From contig OZ024741.1 of the NCBI GenBank assembly GCA_964016885.1, forward strand, positions 151,094,001-151,158,000: a stretch of DNA of 64,000 bases, read 5' to 3'. The notes beneath the pieces were generated by a model, which saw only the letters and a list, made by a program, of their open reading frames with translations, did no database searches and was not told where the DNA came from. Below, in pieces: positions 28,542 through 50,926 of this stretch. The DNA comes from Eledone cirrhosa. Its lineage: Eukaryota. Positions within the stretch are counted from its first letter, which is position 1. Every line of letters starts with the position of its first letter. A program made the position numbers and the translations under genes.

Positions 28542-29519
28542 GGTGATTTTATTCACCTAGAACGGTCGAAAGACAAAGTTGACTCTGGTGAGAATTAAAG
28601 TCAGCACAGAGAGAGACGGAACAAATGCTTCAAATATTTCTATCCAGACGTACTAACAACTCCGTTAATTCGTTACATTGATCACTATTTGTGAACAATT
28701 GATGGCAAAACTTTAGTCATAATTTCAAGCCTGTCATCTTCATTTAATTGATCAGTGTTAACCTTTATGCTTCTTGCGCGTTTCATAAGATTTTCTCGTT
28801 GTCTTCTATGCGGTTAATTCATTTTTTATGCTCATCTCATTTTACTTTCAATATTTTCTCGTTTTGTTTTGTTTCGTACCCCAACTTTGTTTTATTTTCT
28901 ACTGTTATCCAATTTCATTTTGTACACTTCTTTCTCTTTTCTACGTATAGATGATTTTATTTGTGTAATTTCTTTTAGATTTTCTCCTATTTCCTTGCTT
29001 TTGTATTCGATATTTATCTTTACTTTTGAATGTTTTTCTCATAGTTTGTGTTTCAATTGTATATATTTAGTATGCTCTCCCTCGTTTATATTTATCTGTT
29101 TCACTCGTGTTTATTTACATTTTGTACATTTAAAAAATATTTTTTATTGTAAATGTTGTTTCTAGTATGAATTTATGTTAGTTTTATTTTGCAAATTTTC
29201 ACGTCTATCACTTTTTAAAATATTTTTCAATACTACTTCACGACTTCCTGAATTTTATGTTGATTAGAAGAACTGTTTTTAATTATTAATATTTTTTAGC
29301 GTTTTAAAATAGTCTGAAGAGGATTCTTGAGTCTGATGTTACGAGTTGTGTTATGTTTTTACATGGTTGTATTATTTACGTCATTACCTCACACTTACAT
29401 ACACATACTCACATACACACATGCATACAGACATATGCACACATACAAACACGCACATATATATGCAGTCGTGGATATATGGAAATCAAGAGATTATTGA
29501 AAATACATGTATATATACT

Positions 29520-29566
<47 letters not shown>

Positions 29567-29567
29567 G

Positions 29568-30056
29568 TAAGTATGTATACGTACATACATATATGTATAC
29601 AGACGTACAGTAGTATGTATATACATACATGCATGCACATATATATGTACGTATAGGTTTACCGAACATTTATTATAATGTTCGGTTTGTTTGTAAACAA
29701 ACAGCCCGAATTACGCCGTACAGTGTTCAAGCAACCATCGTCGGCATTTTGTTCAACATTGACACAGGAACGATGTACTAGTTTCAAGCTTATTAGCTAT
29801 CGTCAGCATCGTATACCTTCCTGCCAGGTGATTGAACGTCTGAAAGTATATACTTTCCTTATGCATATTAACGGCTGAGCAGCCTAATTTGCATATCGAG
29901 TGAGTTAGTCGGTCGGGCTGTTTGTTTACAAACAAACCGAACATTATAATAAATGTTCGGTAAACCCATACGTACATATATATATGTGTGCATGTATATA
30001 TATATATATACATACTACTGTACGTCTGTATACATATATGTATACATATATGTACA
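29568..30056 (-). mobile_element. Second insertion of the 422-bp unit family, with fold-back; hammerhead 29771-29811 (minus)
   Basis: Minus strand reads CGATG-CTGACGA-TAGCT/AGCTT-GAAA-CTAG-TA-CATCG. Inverted arm is 29913-30056. Confidence 0.8.
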
Positions 30057-30342
30057 GTCAATCCGACGGGCTTCCAGATAGTTCTGTCAACCCAGTTTCA
30101 TTACAATTTGACCCGTGGCTACGGTAAATGAGATTTACCCAAGATGCTACGCAATTAGATACATCCTGGAAACTAATTCTAATGAGAACATCGTAACCAT
30201 TCAATCATGCTAGGTTCACATGCTAGGTTTACTAAATATGAATAAATAATATTCATAGCTATAGGCGGCAAACTATGAACTATGAATAAAGGATATTATA
30301 ATAATTTGTCATAAGACATATATAAAGAAGGCGTCACAGTCA

Positions 30343-30423
<81 letters not shown>

Positions 30424-30448
30424 ACACACACATCGACACACACGCACG

Positions 30449-30598
<150 letters not shown>

Positions 30599-32112
30599 AA
30601 TAAATAAAAGTACAAGCTACACAGCAGAGATCTCCGAAAACGATAGAATAGTATGGTAGTAACTGTCATGGCTAAATCATAGTAAATTACTTAGGGAACG
30701 TCAATATATATATATACATGTATATACCTATGTGTCAGTATATATACATGTATATACCACGCATACGCACACATATTCACATATATAGAAATATATAAGT
30801 TTGAAACTAAAAGAAAGAAATACATGTTCCTACAGTGAAGTTTTCAGCTCATAATAACAATAGTAATAATAATGAAAATAATAATAATAACAACAATAAT
30901 AATGAAAACAATATGTATATATTTATGCACATTACCTTTAAATAAATGTAGGTAATTCCTTGACATTTATCGAGTGTGGCTAGTACCGCTGATATTTCAG
31001 TAGTGATAAGGTTTTTACCACCCTACCCATGTGCCGTTTCAATATGTTATATAACAATCTATTGAAAGGACAGGTTTTCTTTTTTCTTTGGTCGTTTTAG
31101 CTAGCAACAATTGAATTTAAATAGATGGCATTCCTTTTGAACGAACGTATTCAGTTATTTAACATTTGCCTGTGTTTCGTGTCCATTGCTCTGAATACAG
31201 TCAGGCTTTACACCTCTCGACGAGCAACGAACGAATTATTCTTGACCTGTTTTCAATTATCGTACGAGATTTTCACTTAAAACGAGTCAAACGATTAACT
31301 ACAATCTTTCCTGATATGAAAGGTTGTCAGGGCCTCTTATTTCATCTTAACACCTTTTCTATTCTCTGAAGTAGCTATGTGAATAAATATTTTCTTTGTC
31401 CTTTGTGCGAATCCATAAGAAGTTTTTGTTACGTTTGTGTTGTGAACTCTTAAAATTAGGCAGCAAATTGGTTGAGTTGTTAGAGCGTCAAATTAAGTAC
31501 CGCGGAATTTTTAACGTCTCACTTCGCTCTAGTTCATATCTCAGTAAGGACAGCTTTTCCTGTCATGACTTCGAGGGTCACAGGACAGTTGAAGCATCGG
31601 GATTGCAGTATCTATCCTGGCTGTGTATTCTGAGTTCAAATCCGGCATACTGACATCGGAAAAGTAGCGACGCTATTACTTGGAACTGAGAACAGCAGAT
31701 ATTATCAACAACGGAGAGACCAAAGAAAACAGTTTCCTTGGTCTGATATGACGAGTGTAAAAAAAATATATAACTAATTAATATTTACATTTCTTTAAAC
31801 AACATCCAACCGCCAGCGTCAACTCCCCTTAAAATCACGCTCTGTGGTCTTATATAACGAATATATCGGAGTATGTAGGCGTTGTTTTAAAGAGAAAAAG
31901 AAACATACAGGGGAAAAATATGTATGACCTTCGTCGCTGGTACCACACACATAAATATGTATATATATATTTATTATATATATATATAAATATATATATA
32001 TATATGTGTGTGTGGTACCAGCGACGAAGGTTATACATATTTTTCCCCTGTATGTTTCTTTTTGATTAAATCTTAACCATTTAACATCTCAGGGTATGTC
32101 ATGTATCATTAT

Positions 32113-32165
32113 ATTTTGTCTGATGAGGACGTACTGTTGTACATCCGAAATATGTATAATAACAT
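32113..32165 (+). ncRNA. Minimal type-I hammerhead (paralog of 26021)
   Basis: CTGATGA 32120-32126, GGACGTAC/GTACATCC, GAAA 32147-32150, TATGTA-TA. Confidence 0.75.
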
Positions 32166-32304
32166 GTAATTGATCAAAAGAACATCTATTTTATTAATAT
32201 TTGTATTTTAATATTAATAACTCTGGAAAATTCTTTTTTCGTAGAGTGCTTCCAATCTACTGTAAAACTCATTCTTTGATATACTCATTGAATGTTGTTT
32301 AACT

Positions 32305-32437
<133 letters not shown>

Positions 32438-32669
32438 TACAATTATTTGGGATAATAATAATTGTTTCTACTTTTGGCACAAGGCCACCAGTGGATTACT
32501 GGTACTTTATTTTATCGACCCCATAAGGATGAAAGGCAAAGATAATAATAATATATATTTGACTGCTCTTACAATCGCTGGAGATAGTCAAAATTGGGCC
32601 TTGAAACATTAGGTAGCGCTTTTGTATTGTTTATGAACCTAAATAAATAATATAATAAAAAATAATCTA

Positions 32670-32759
<90 letters not shown>

Positions 32760-32789
32760 ATATCTATCTATCTATCTATCTATGTCTCT

Positions 32790-35700
32790 GGGATGGACAC
32801 ACGCGTGAAACTTGCGGGGTAAGTTCTGCCTAAATTTCTATAGAAGTTCCTGTCAACCTTCATTTTTATATCAACTTGTCGAGGGACTGCCAGTCTCTCA
32901 AAATATTCTACGCCTTTAGGCGAAATAGTACATAAAAAGTTTTTTTTTTGGAAAAGCTAACATTTTTTTTAAATGGCTGAAGCTTCTTCACCAACATTCG
33001 AAGGAGGAAAAGGGAAGATATGCTTACAGCTTCCCCCTGCCACTGTCATAGTAGCAGATGTCAAAGACAAAGATCAGCCAGAGGAAGGATTTTCTCCACC
33101 TGCTGACCGACAACTTGATGTTGCCATGGCAACAAACCAAAACAACACAACCAGCGCCACCAGCAACAACAATAACAACAATGCTATGAACGAAAACACA
33201 ACTTCACAAATGAATTCCGCAATTGAGAACTACAAAAACAACAACAACAACAACAACAACGACAACAATGACAACAACAACAATAGCAACAATGATGACA
33301 ACAACACCAACAGCAGCAACAATAATGACAACAACACCAACAAGAACAACTCCACAAACAAGGAAAAAAGGTCTCATTTGCACAAACTGATCAAAATACA
33401 GAACTATATACACAGATTGACATCTCTAAAGCCGGAGAATTGCTAAGAGATGCCAAGCAATATATAACTTTTGGGGAGAATGGCGCTTTTAGCATCACTT
33501 CTCCCCAAGAATTGCTTAGAGACACTGTCCTGATAACCATAGTTTTTAGGACAATCTCAAATACCACCAGAAAACCAGTGACGATGAGAGAGAGCCTTTC
33601 CGACCAGTAAAAAGAAACAAGAAAAGACATAACACAAACAAAAAATGCAACAAACACACAAACACCAATACAAGCGACGCAAACAGCACAAGCAAAAACA
33701 CCCCCTCCTCAAAACAAAACACCTACTACAAAAGGTAAACACACACAAAATCCACAGAAAAAAAGCAACACAACACAACAAAAATGTTACACCGACATAA
33801 ATACTAACAATAAGACTTTAACAGACACCATATATAAAAACGGTGGAGACCGAAGGGAAAACTTTTACACACTCTGTGGAGAATCCTAATCTTAAAATGA
33901 TTAGGATCTCCATGGACACACATAAACAGTTAAAAGAAAAATTTCCTAACGGCGTAGGTAACCCCTACGTCAAACCCTATAACTGCGTCCTTTTGAAATG
34001 TTTCCCCACTCCACCCAAGACACTCCCACCCCAGACACCCCCACCAAACATCTCCGTCCCCACCCCGCCAGAGACCACCACCCCACCAAACAACCCCTCC
34101 AACACCGCCATGGACATTTTGCAGCCTAGTCCCCAGGAGACGAAGAGGTGAGTGATTTCTTTTCCTCTTCTTTTAACTTTTCAGCACCAACATGGCCAAT
34201 ATAAGAGTTGGATGTGTGAATGTACGCGGCCTGGGATGCCCTGGAAACAGGGCAAACTCTTAAACGACCTCAGGTCGCACACTATGGATGTAGTAGCCAT
34301 TTGCGAGTCCAGGATCCACAGCGAGCGACAACTGGCCCCCATCTTCGACGACTTTGAGATCTACGCATCTCTCTGTCAGTCGGGGGGTGGGGTGGGGTTG
34401 CCGTTTTGCTGCGGAAACACCTGGACCTCGTAACACAGACGGTACATCTGGACCTGGAGGGTCGACTGGTGGTCCTAGACGTTGACGGTAGTGAAGGTGG
34501 AGCCTTCAGGCTGGTGGCCGCATATGCCCCATCCGGGACACCGCGGCCAGACATCTTCAAACGTCTAGAGCATTTTCTGGGAACGTCCCGCTCCCTGCTG
34601 TTAGTGAGGGACTGGAATGGAATCCTAGATGCATGTTGGGACTATGTGGGAGCATGCCCCGATGGGGCAGTTAATCGGCCGATTTGACCTGGGCGATAGA
34701 TATCGACTAGATTTTCTGACTGTGCCACTGTGGACGTGGACTAATCACAGCGGAACATCTAGATCGTACCTAGATAGGGTTTTAGTAAGAAAGAAGGATA
34801 GGGACATGTTAAGCTGTCCACAAATGTTCATGGTTGCCTATTCAGATCACAAATTAGTGACCTGCTTAGTCAACCTTGACAAAACCCATAGACAGGGTCC
34901 CGGCTACTGGAAGCTGAACTTCTCGTTACCGACATGCAAAGCCTAGAGTTGACGGATTAGCACTTTAATTAAGCAGCACTTGACGGGGGCCATTGTCAAC
35001 AACAGATGGTGGTACTCTCTCAAGTGGGCAGTTAGATTAGACTCGATAGGTTTTAGTAATGAATTAGTGTTAGATAGAAATAAGACCGAAAAGGAACTGG
35101 TAGATAAAGTAGAAGAGGCACTTAGGAGTGGCAACGTATCCAGCGTGCTAGCGACGAGAACGGCCTTGGACCAGTTCTTCGACGCAAAGCATGAAGGCTG
35201 CATTATCAGAAGCAACATACGTGCTCTGGGAAACGAGGGAGCCAAAGTGTTAGCTGGGCCCGAGTGACGGAAGCGAAAAGTGGCAACAAGTCCATGATTC
35301 AGTCTTTGAAGGACCAATACGGACGCGTGATACGTCATCCGAAGCAAATGTGCGCGGCCTTTCAGCGCCACTTTGCTCAACTGTTCGGGCAGGGCGGCGC
35401 GCTGGGAGGGGCTATGCATTTCGGTTCATACCTCGACGGCCTACCGCGACTCTCGGACAGTGAGGCGGAGTTCTGCGAAAGGCCCATTTCGGCCGCTGAG
35501 ATAGAGGACGCGCTGAGCCAATGCGCTGAGCCAATGCGGCAAACGCAAATCTCCAGGTCTCGACGGTGTACCCCACGACTCGTCTCGCGAGATGCGTGCG
35601 CGACGAGGAAACCTTCGCACACGCATTTGTACACTGCCCGGGCGTTACCGACCTGTAGGGCTATGTAGAACGACTATTGTCGCGGGTTGGACCAATCCAG

Positions 35701-36227
35701 TTGACCACCGAGTCCATTGTCATGTTCAAATCGCCACTCTCCTTCAAAAAGAGGGAGAGGCGGTTTTACTATGTGTTATGGCTATGGTAAAAGAGGTTAT
35801 ATGGTGGACGAGGTTAAAAGGGCTGAGGTCAGACACCCTTCTCTCCGGCGAGCAACTGATTCGTTTTTTCAAATATCATTTTGGAAGAAGAATCAGGATG
35901 GAGAGAGAGGTGCTGTACCCCAGCAAATTTTATAAAAGGTCGGTGAATGTGGCAAAATGGCCCGAGTGGTTGGGCCTTCTCTCTATATAAGCCTGTAGGT
36001 TGAGGAAAAAGAGGAAGAGAGGACGGGAGTACTCACTCTTGGTGCTCCTGGAGATGAGGGTTGTACATTTTTTCGCGGTGTGTACAACCCCTGTGTAACA
36101 CCTCCCCCCTATTGGGGATTTCAATTGTTAATTGTTATTGTATTAATAGTTTTATTTTCCTATACCTGTATGTAAACTCCCCATTTGTATTTGTCCCCTT
36201 CTTTTGTGCCCTTGTGGCTAATAAAAA
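32790..36227 (+). mobile_element. Tx1/L1-clade LINE, decayed, RT domain deleted
   Basis: Asn/Pro-rich ORF1 remnants at 32973-34151, ORF2 from ATG 34192, and 3' AATAAAAA. Flanked by (TATC)n on both sides. Confidence 0.8.
34192..35990 (+). pseudogene. LINE ORF2: APE endonuclease plus C-terminal Cys/His region, frameshifted
   Basis: VGCVNVRGL, DVVAICE, GRLVVLD, AYAP, DWN, SYLDRVLV, YSDHKLV and GPGYWKLN. SPGLDG then joins directly to ETFAHAFVHCP. Confidence 0.85.
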
Positions 36228-36658
36228 TATGTATCTATCTATCTATCTATTTATCCATCTATCTATATACATACATACATACATACATATATACATACAT
36301 ACATACATACATACATTCCAATGAGAGAGTCTTGTAACTATGCTAGAAACAGACTAATTTGTGACATTATAAAACCAGAAGAACATATATACATACATAG
36401 TTATATAAAGTAATATTTTCAAACAATCCTTAAAATGAATTATTTTTCTCGACAATTAATAAAACTCTCAACATTCTTTATGACTGAATACATTAGTAAT
36501 ATAGAATTGTGTAATCGTTATTCTTAAAATAACTTTTTAAATATTTTCCGTATATTAATCAGGATGTAGAATGTAACACTACAACAGCAAGAAGATATAG
36601 ATGGGGCGTAAGAAATAATGAAAGAGAAAGAATTGATATATATAAATATATATATATA

Positions 36659-36758
<100 letters not shown>

Positions 36759-36887
36759 TGTAGTTATGTAGAGAAAGATTGAGTGAGGGAGAATGATAGC
36801 GATATTGAGATTGTGTTTGTGAGTGTGAATAAAAGAAAAAAGATATATATATATATATATATGTATACAGAGAGAGAGAGCGAGAGA

Positions 36888-36973
<86 letters not shown>

Positions 36974-37523
36974 GAGAGAAGGGGGGGGAGAGCGAGAAAG
37001 AGAAAAATAAAGAAGGAGAGTGGAAGAGAAAGAGAGATCGGAAGAGAGATCGGAAGAGAGGAATACAAGTAGATAGCCAAACATACAGACAGATAGCTGT
37101 CAATGAGAGATATCTCGTGCCAGGTATTTCGACGTAAAGTGTATTTAAGTAACTGGCTAGTTACGCAATTAAAGTAGCCAAATCTTATTGAACAAATCTA
37201 ACTAATTAGATAGTTAGTACTCAGGAATGGAGTTGTAAAATTGAAGTAGATTAATGGACATGACTTATTGACGTCAGATAAGGAATCTTAAGTGACTTCC
37301 AATTCAAAAATTCCTCTTCAATATGGAAGTGGGTTGTTTTATCTGATCTACATTTGGGGGAAGTCGTCGAATTGGCAGACACGTTAGAAAATCGGATAGA
37401 ATTCTTTGCGGTATTCGTCTCGGCGGTTCTCAACGCCCTGTGCTCAAACTTTGCCGAGACGAACTTTGTTTTTCAACCTTTCGCGGTCATTAAATGAAGT
37501 AGTAGTCCAGTACTTTCTTTCTT

Positions 37524-37554
<31 letters not shown>

Positions 37555-37556
37555 CT

Positions 37557-37617
<61 letters not shown>

Positions 37618-37630
37618 CTCTCCTCTCTCT

Positions 37631-37670
<40 letters not shown>

Positions 37671-37956
37671 TTTCTTTCTCATTCTCAACACACACCGACA
37701 CTCTTTGGAAGAATAGGCTGTGTTCCGATCTGAGAGTTACGAGCTCCACCATGTTTAATACGACCAACATACGCTGTGTATTAGGATGATGCTCCTACAA
37801 CTCCATTAGGAGTTATGGGCCCTTTACCTTAGATATGGAAGATTCATCATCTCACGCTTTACACCTAATTCTTTGTACCTCTATTGTTTTTCCTTTTATC
37901 TTTTCTTTCTTTTCTTTCTTTCTTTTTCTTTTCTTTCTTTCTTTCTTTCTGTCTTG

Positions 37957-38007
<51 letters not shown>

Positions 38008-38189
38008 TGTTCCCTTCTTTATTGCTTTCTATATTTCGTCACTGCTTTCTCTAATTTATTTTTATATGTTTCTCTATCGATCTCTCTCTCCTTTCTCTCC
38101 AAATTTAATCTTAATCATTCACTCTCCCTTTCTTTAATTTTTCACCCCTTAACTTCTTATTTTCTGTCGCTATATCTAAATATATAGTG

Positions 38190-38307
38190 AAAGCGCGTGG
38201 CTGAGTGGTTAGAGAATTGGATTCGTAGTCGTCAGGTTGTGAGTTCGATTCCTAGACCGGGCGATGCGTTATGTTCTTGAGCAAGACACTTTATTTCACG
38301 TTGCTCC
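38190..38307 (+). mobile_element. tRNA-derived SINE head
   Basis: TGGCTGAGTGG (A box) and GAGTTCGATTCC (B box), then TTCTTGAGCAAGACACTTTA. Confidence 0.7.
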
Positions 38308-38683
38308 TTCTACCTGGAGTTGCGGCCGATAGATAGTATTAGCAAATGAAAAGACCAATGAAAACATTGTTTCCTCGGACCGATTTGAGGAAAGTCGATC
38401 GACTGTCATATCTAAATATTAATTTTTAAATATTTCACTCTCTCAGGCTCTCCCTCTACCTTTTCCATACACTACATCTTCCATTAATTCTTTCTTTCTT
38501 TTTTTCTTCCCCCTTTCTTTCCTTCTAGCTTCCTTTCCATTTTTCATTTTCCTCTGCGTCACTTTTTTCCGTCCATCTTTCACTTTATCTCTTCATCTCA
38601 CTGTTTCTCACTCTTTAATTATCTCTGTCTCCCATCTCCCTGTCTCTATCTGCCTGTCTGACTCATTGTCTACCCACCCCCCT

Positions 38684-38795
<112 letters not shown>

Positions 38796-38969
38796 GGATA
38801 ACTTGAACCGTTAAGGTATATTATCCTTCGTTATGTCAAAATTTATAAAACACACTTCGTATTTTATCAGATGATAGCGTACCAACATTTTGGTACGCTA
38901 GAATAAATATGGTTTTATAAATATAGTTTCATTTATTTAATATCTTTGTATATATATAATATATATGTA

Positions 38970-39001
<32 letters not shown>

Positions 39002-39013
39002 GTATGTATGTAT

Positions 39014-39111
<98 letters not shown>

Positions 39112-39418
39112 CGAAGGAAATGTGGTAAGGAACCAGGTGGACCATAACGCACCAAAGTACTCAATACTTGAGGTAGTAGAGTGGGTAATAGGAACCAGTA
39201 AGACCCCGACAGCTGAGCTCAAGCCGTTTCGACGGCTTACACACTTCGAGATTACATTTATATTAATAGGTACAATCAAAAATGTAATCTCGAAGTGTGT
39301 ACTGCCACTCTAAATTCTGTAATGAATGGTGACCCACACTGTTTGAATATGTATCGTCGAAACGGCTTGAGCTCAGCTGTCGGGGTCTTACTGGTTCCTA
39401 TATATATATATATATATA

Positions 39419-39914
39419 TATGAGGTATAAGAATCAAAGAACTGTTCAAAACATTATTGTGCTTACAGCTGTTTCCTCCAAACCGAGGTTTGGATTCTTC
39501 GGAGCAATTTATTAATGCATGGACAGTTATATGACCTCCTTTTCAGCCGAGAGACATACCAATACATATTCAAACATTGATACATATTCAAACAGTGTGG
39601 GTCACCATTCATTACAGAATTTAGAGTGGCAGTACACACTTCGAGATTACATTTTTGATTGTACCTATTAATATAAATGTAATCTCGAAGTGTGTACTGC
39701 CATTCTAAATTCTGTAATGAATGTTGACCCACAATGTTTGAATATGTATCAATGTTTGAATATGTATTGGTATGTCTCTCGGCTGGAAAAGGAGGTCATA
39801 TAACTGTCCATGCATTAATAAATTGCTCCGAAGAATCCAAACCTCGGTTTGGAGGAAACAGCTGTAAGCACAATAATGTTTTTGAACAGTTCTTTGATTC
39901 TTTATACCTCATAT
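39419..39914. mobile_element. ~495-bp palindromic Penelope 3' stub with hammerheads at 39824-39870 (+) and 39460-39506 (-)
   Basis: TGCT-CCGAAGA-ATCCAAAC/GTTTGGAG-GAAA-CAGCTG-TA-AGCA. The arms are near-perfect. Confidence 0.8.
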
Positions 39915-40073
39915 AACTGCTCTGTAAATCATCTGATGTTTTTACATTGAGCTACTTAACTTACTGGTAATAAGGTAGTAATACATTACTGCCTACCACT
40001 ATTTAGGGTGTGTGTAAAATACTTACAACTGCTTAAGGTTTTGTATTTACATAACCATAAATAGTATAACTAA

Positions 40074-40145
<72 letters not shown>

Positions 40146-40228
40146 TATAATATATATATATATCGGACTTATGCCTCGGAGGGAAACTTTCTAGGTGCAA
40201 ATCCTATGGTCATTCGTGACCAAAGGGG

Positions 40229-40346
<118 letters not shown>

Positions 40347-40489
40347 GAAGGAAATCATCAGGAAAGCCGACTGTCAATGTGACATGGTGCTATTTATACA
40401 TTTCTGTTGGTGGTGATTGGGATGGGTGGAGGTCATTGGCTGATGGAATTAAAGAATGGGGGGGATTCTTAAAATCTAACTAAACAACA

Positions 40490-40700
40490 CGCGCCGCCTG
40501 TATCTGGGACCGTCAAAAGGTCCTCCACCCCTTCACACTCAAATGGAAATTACTCCAGTGAGTGCGCTCATACATAGGAGGATACAAGCGTTTTGACCTT
40601 TGCATTTCGGAGAGCTATGAAATACTATTTGCCAATGGCCCGACACTGAACAAAACTCTCTGAAACACTGCACGCACAAAAATCATGCAACGTATAAATC
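40490..40700 (+). pseudogene. Decayed Penelope GIY-YIG C-terminal fragment (duplicated at ~46550-46760)
   Basis: AACIWD...PFTLKWKLL...RSYIGGYKRFDLCISESYEILFANGPTLNK aligns by eye with ORF 55587-56039. Confidence 0.6.
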
Positions 40701-41026
40701 CTACAAACCATTTCTACCCCCAGAACTATAGCTTCAAAGAACACCTCACTCAACATAATATCCCCTCCCTTTCTATCCTACACCACCCCTACCCTCAATC
40801 TACGCTTCACAGTATTGAAATTCTGTAAGTACTCTTTACCTACTTGCCCTTTCTACTTGTATGTATGAAAATGGTTTGTATGCTTGTATGTACATATATG
40901 TATGTATTATTTTGCGTGTGTGTATATACATATATATGTGTCTGTGTGTGTGTGTGTGGGGGGGGGGGGGTATATATGTACTTGTGTATACTTATATATA
41001 TGTGGGAGTGTGTATATACACACGTA

Positions 41027-41082
<56 letters not shown>

Positions 41083-41085
<3 letters not shown>

Positions 41086-41614
41086 AAAACAATGAAATTA
41101 AATACAAAACTGTTAATACATAGTAAAACTCATTATTTTACGATCATTTCTGGGGGGTAGTTCCCTGTGTGTTCATTCAATTATTGATCTATGTAAAACA
41201 TATTACAAAATATCATAGTAAGAAAAAGACATATACGTTTTCACTACTCGCAGTCCTTCAGAAATTATTTCTGAAGACGGCGGGTAGTGAAGACGTATGT
41301 ATCTTTTTCTTACTATGATATTTTGTAATATGTCTTACATAGATCAATAATTGAATGAACATACAGGGAACTACCGCCCACACCCCACCAGAAACGATCG
41401 TAAAATAATGAGTTTTACTATGTATTAACAGTTTTGTATTTAATTTCATTGTTTTAATATTTCTATTTTGACTCTGTATCCAATTGAATTATATCGTTGA
41501 TAAAACTTTTGTATTTTAAAACTTTGCTTCACGACATCTTCTACATACAGATTACATTGACATTGAGTTCTTTATACGGTTTAGACCCTACCAATGAGAG
41601 GTAGATTTATCTGT

Positions 41615-41620
<6 letters not shown>
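41083..41620 (+). mobile_element. Fold-back Penelope stub; hammerhead with long stem II at 41265-41408
   Basis: TTATTT-CTGAAGA-CGGCGGGTAGT...ACTACCGCC...GAAA-CGATCG-TA-AAATAA. Palindrome spans 41083-41459. Confidence 0.75.
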
Positions 41621-41694
<74 letters not shown>

Positions 41695-41758
41695 GATATG
41701 GGATACTTAAAGTGTCCGTAAGCGGCAGGCCGTTTGAGCACTCGATGCAGCGTATAAT

Positions 41759-41986
41759 ATCACATAAGAAACAGAGAATCAGTGTTGCGACGAATAAAAT
41801 TTATTAGACATATTACAATGGTTTCTCTGGTGACCAGCTCGAATCGAGACGTATCTGAGGACCCTGCGATTTCAGAGTCAGATTCGATCATTGCATCGAC
41901 TGTGCCACAAGCTGGTCTCCAGAGAAACGATTGTAATATGTCTAATAACTTTTATTCGTCGCAAACACTGATTCTCCGTTTCTTAT

Positions 41987-41991
<5 letters not shown>
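41759..41991 (+). mobile_element. Fold-back Penelope stub with hammerhead 3' half
   Basis: ~80-bp inverted arms; GAAA-CGATTG-TA-ATATG. Confidence 0.65.
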
Positions 41992-42039
<48 letters not shown>

Positions 42040-42040
42040 T

Positions 42041-42170
<130 letters not shown>

Positions 42171-42239
42171 ATATATGTATACACACACACACATATATAT
42201 ATATATATATTTATAGTTATGTATACACTATATACAACT

Positions 42240-45141
<2,902 letters not shown>

Positions 45142-45144
45142 ATA

Positions 45145-45344
45145 NNNNNNNNNNNNNNNNNNNNNNNNNNNNNNNNNNNNNNNNNNNNNNNNNNNNNNNN
45201 NNNNNNNNNNNNNNNNNNNNNNNNNNNNNNNNNNNNNNNNNNNNNNNNNNNNNNNNNNNNNNNNNNNNNNNNNNNNNNNNNNNNNNNNNNNNNNNNNNNN
45301 NNNNNNNNNNNNNNNNNNNNNNNNNNNNNNNNNNNNNNNNNNNN
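45145..45344. other. Assembly gap (200 N)
   Basis: Run of n. Confidence 1.
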
Positions 45345-50848
<5,504 letters not shown>

Positions 50849-50864
50849 TATTGTGTATTTTATA

Positions 50865-50923
<59 letters not shown>

Positions 50924-50926
<3 letters not shown>

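Noticed and set aside
38190-38270. tRNA gene
   Set aside because: A and B boxes are present, but there is no full cloverleaf and it continues into a SINE body.
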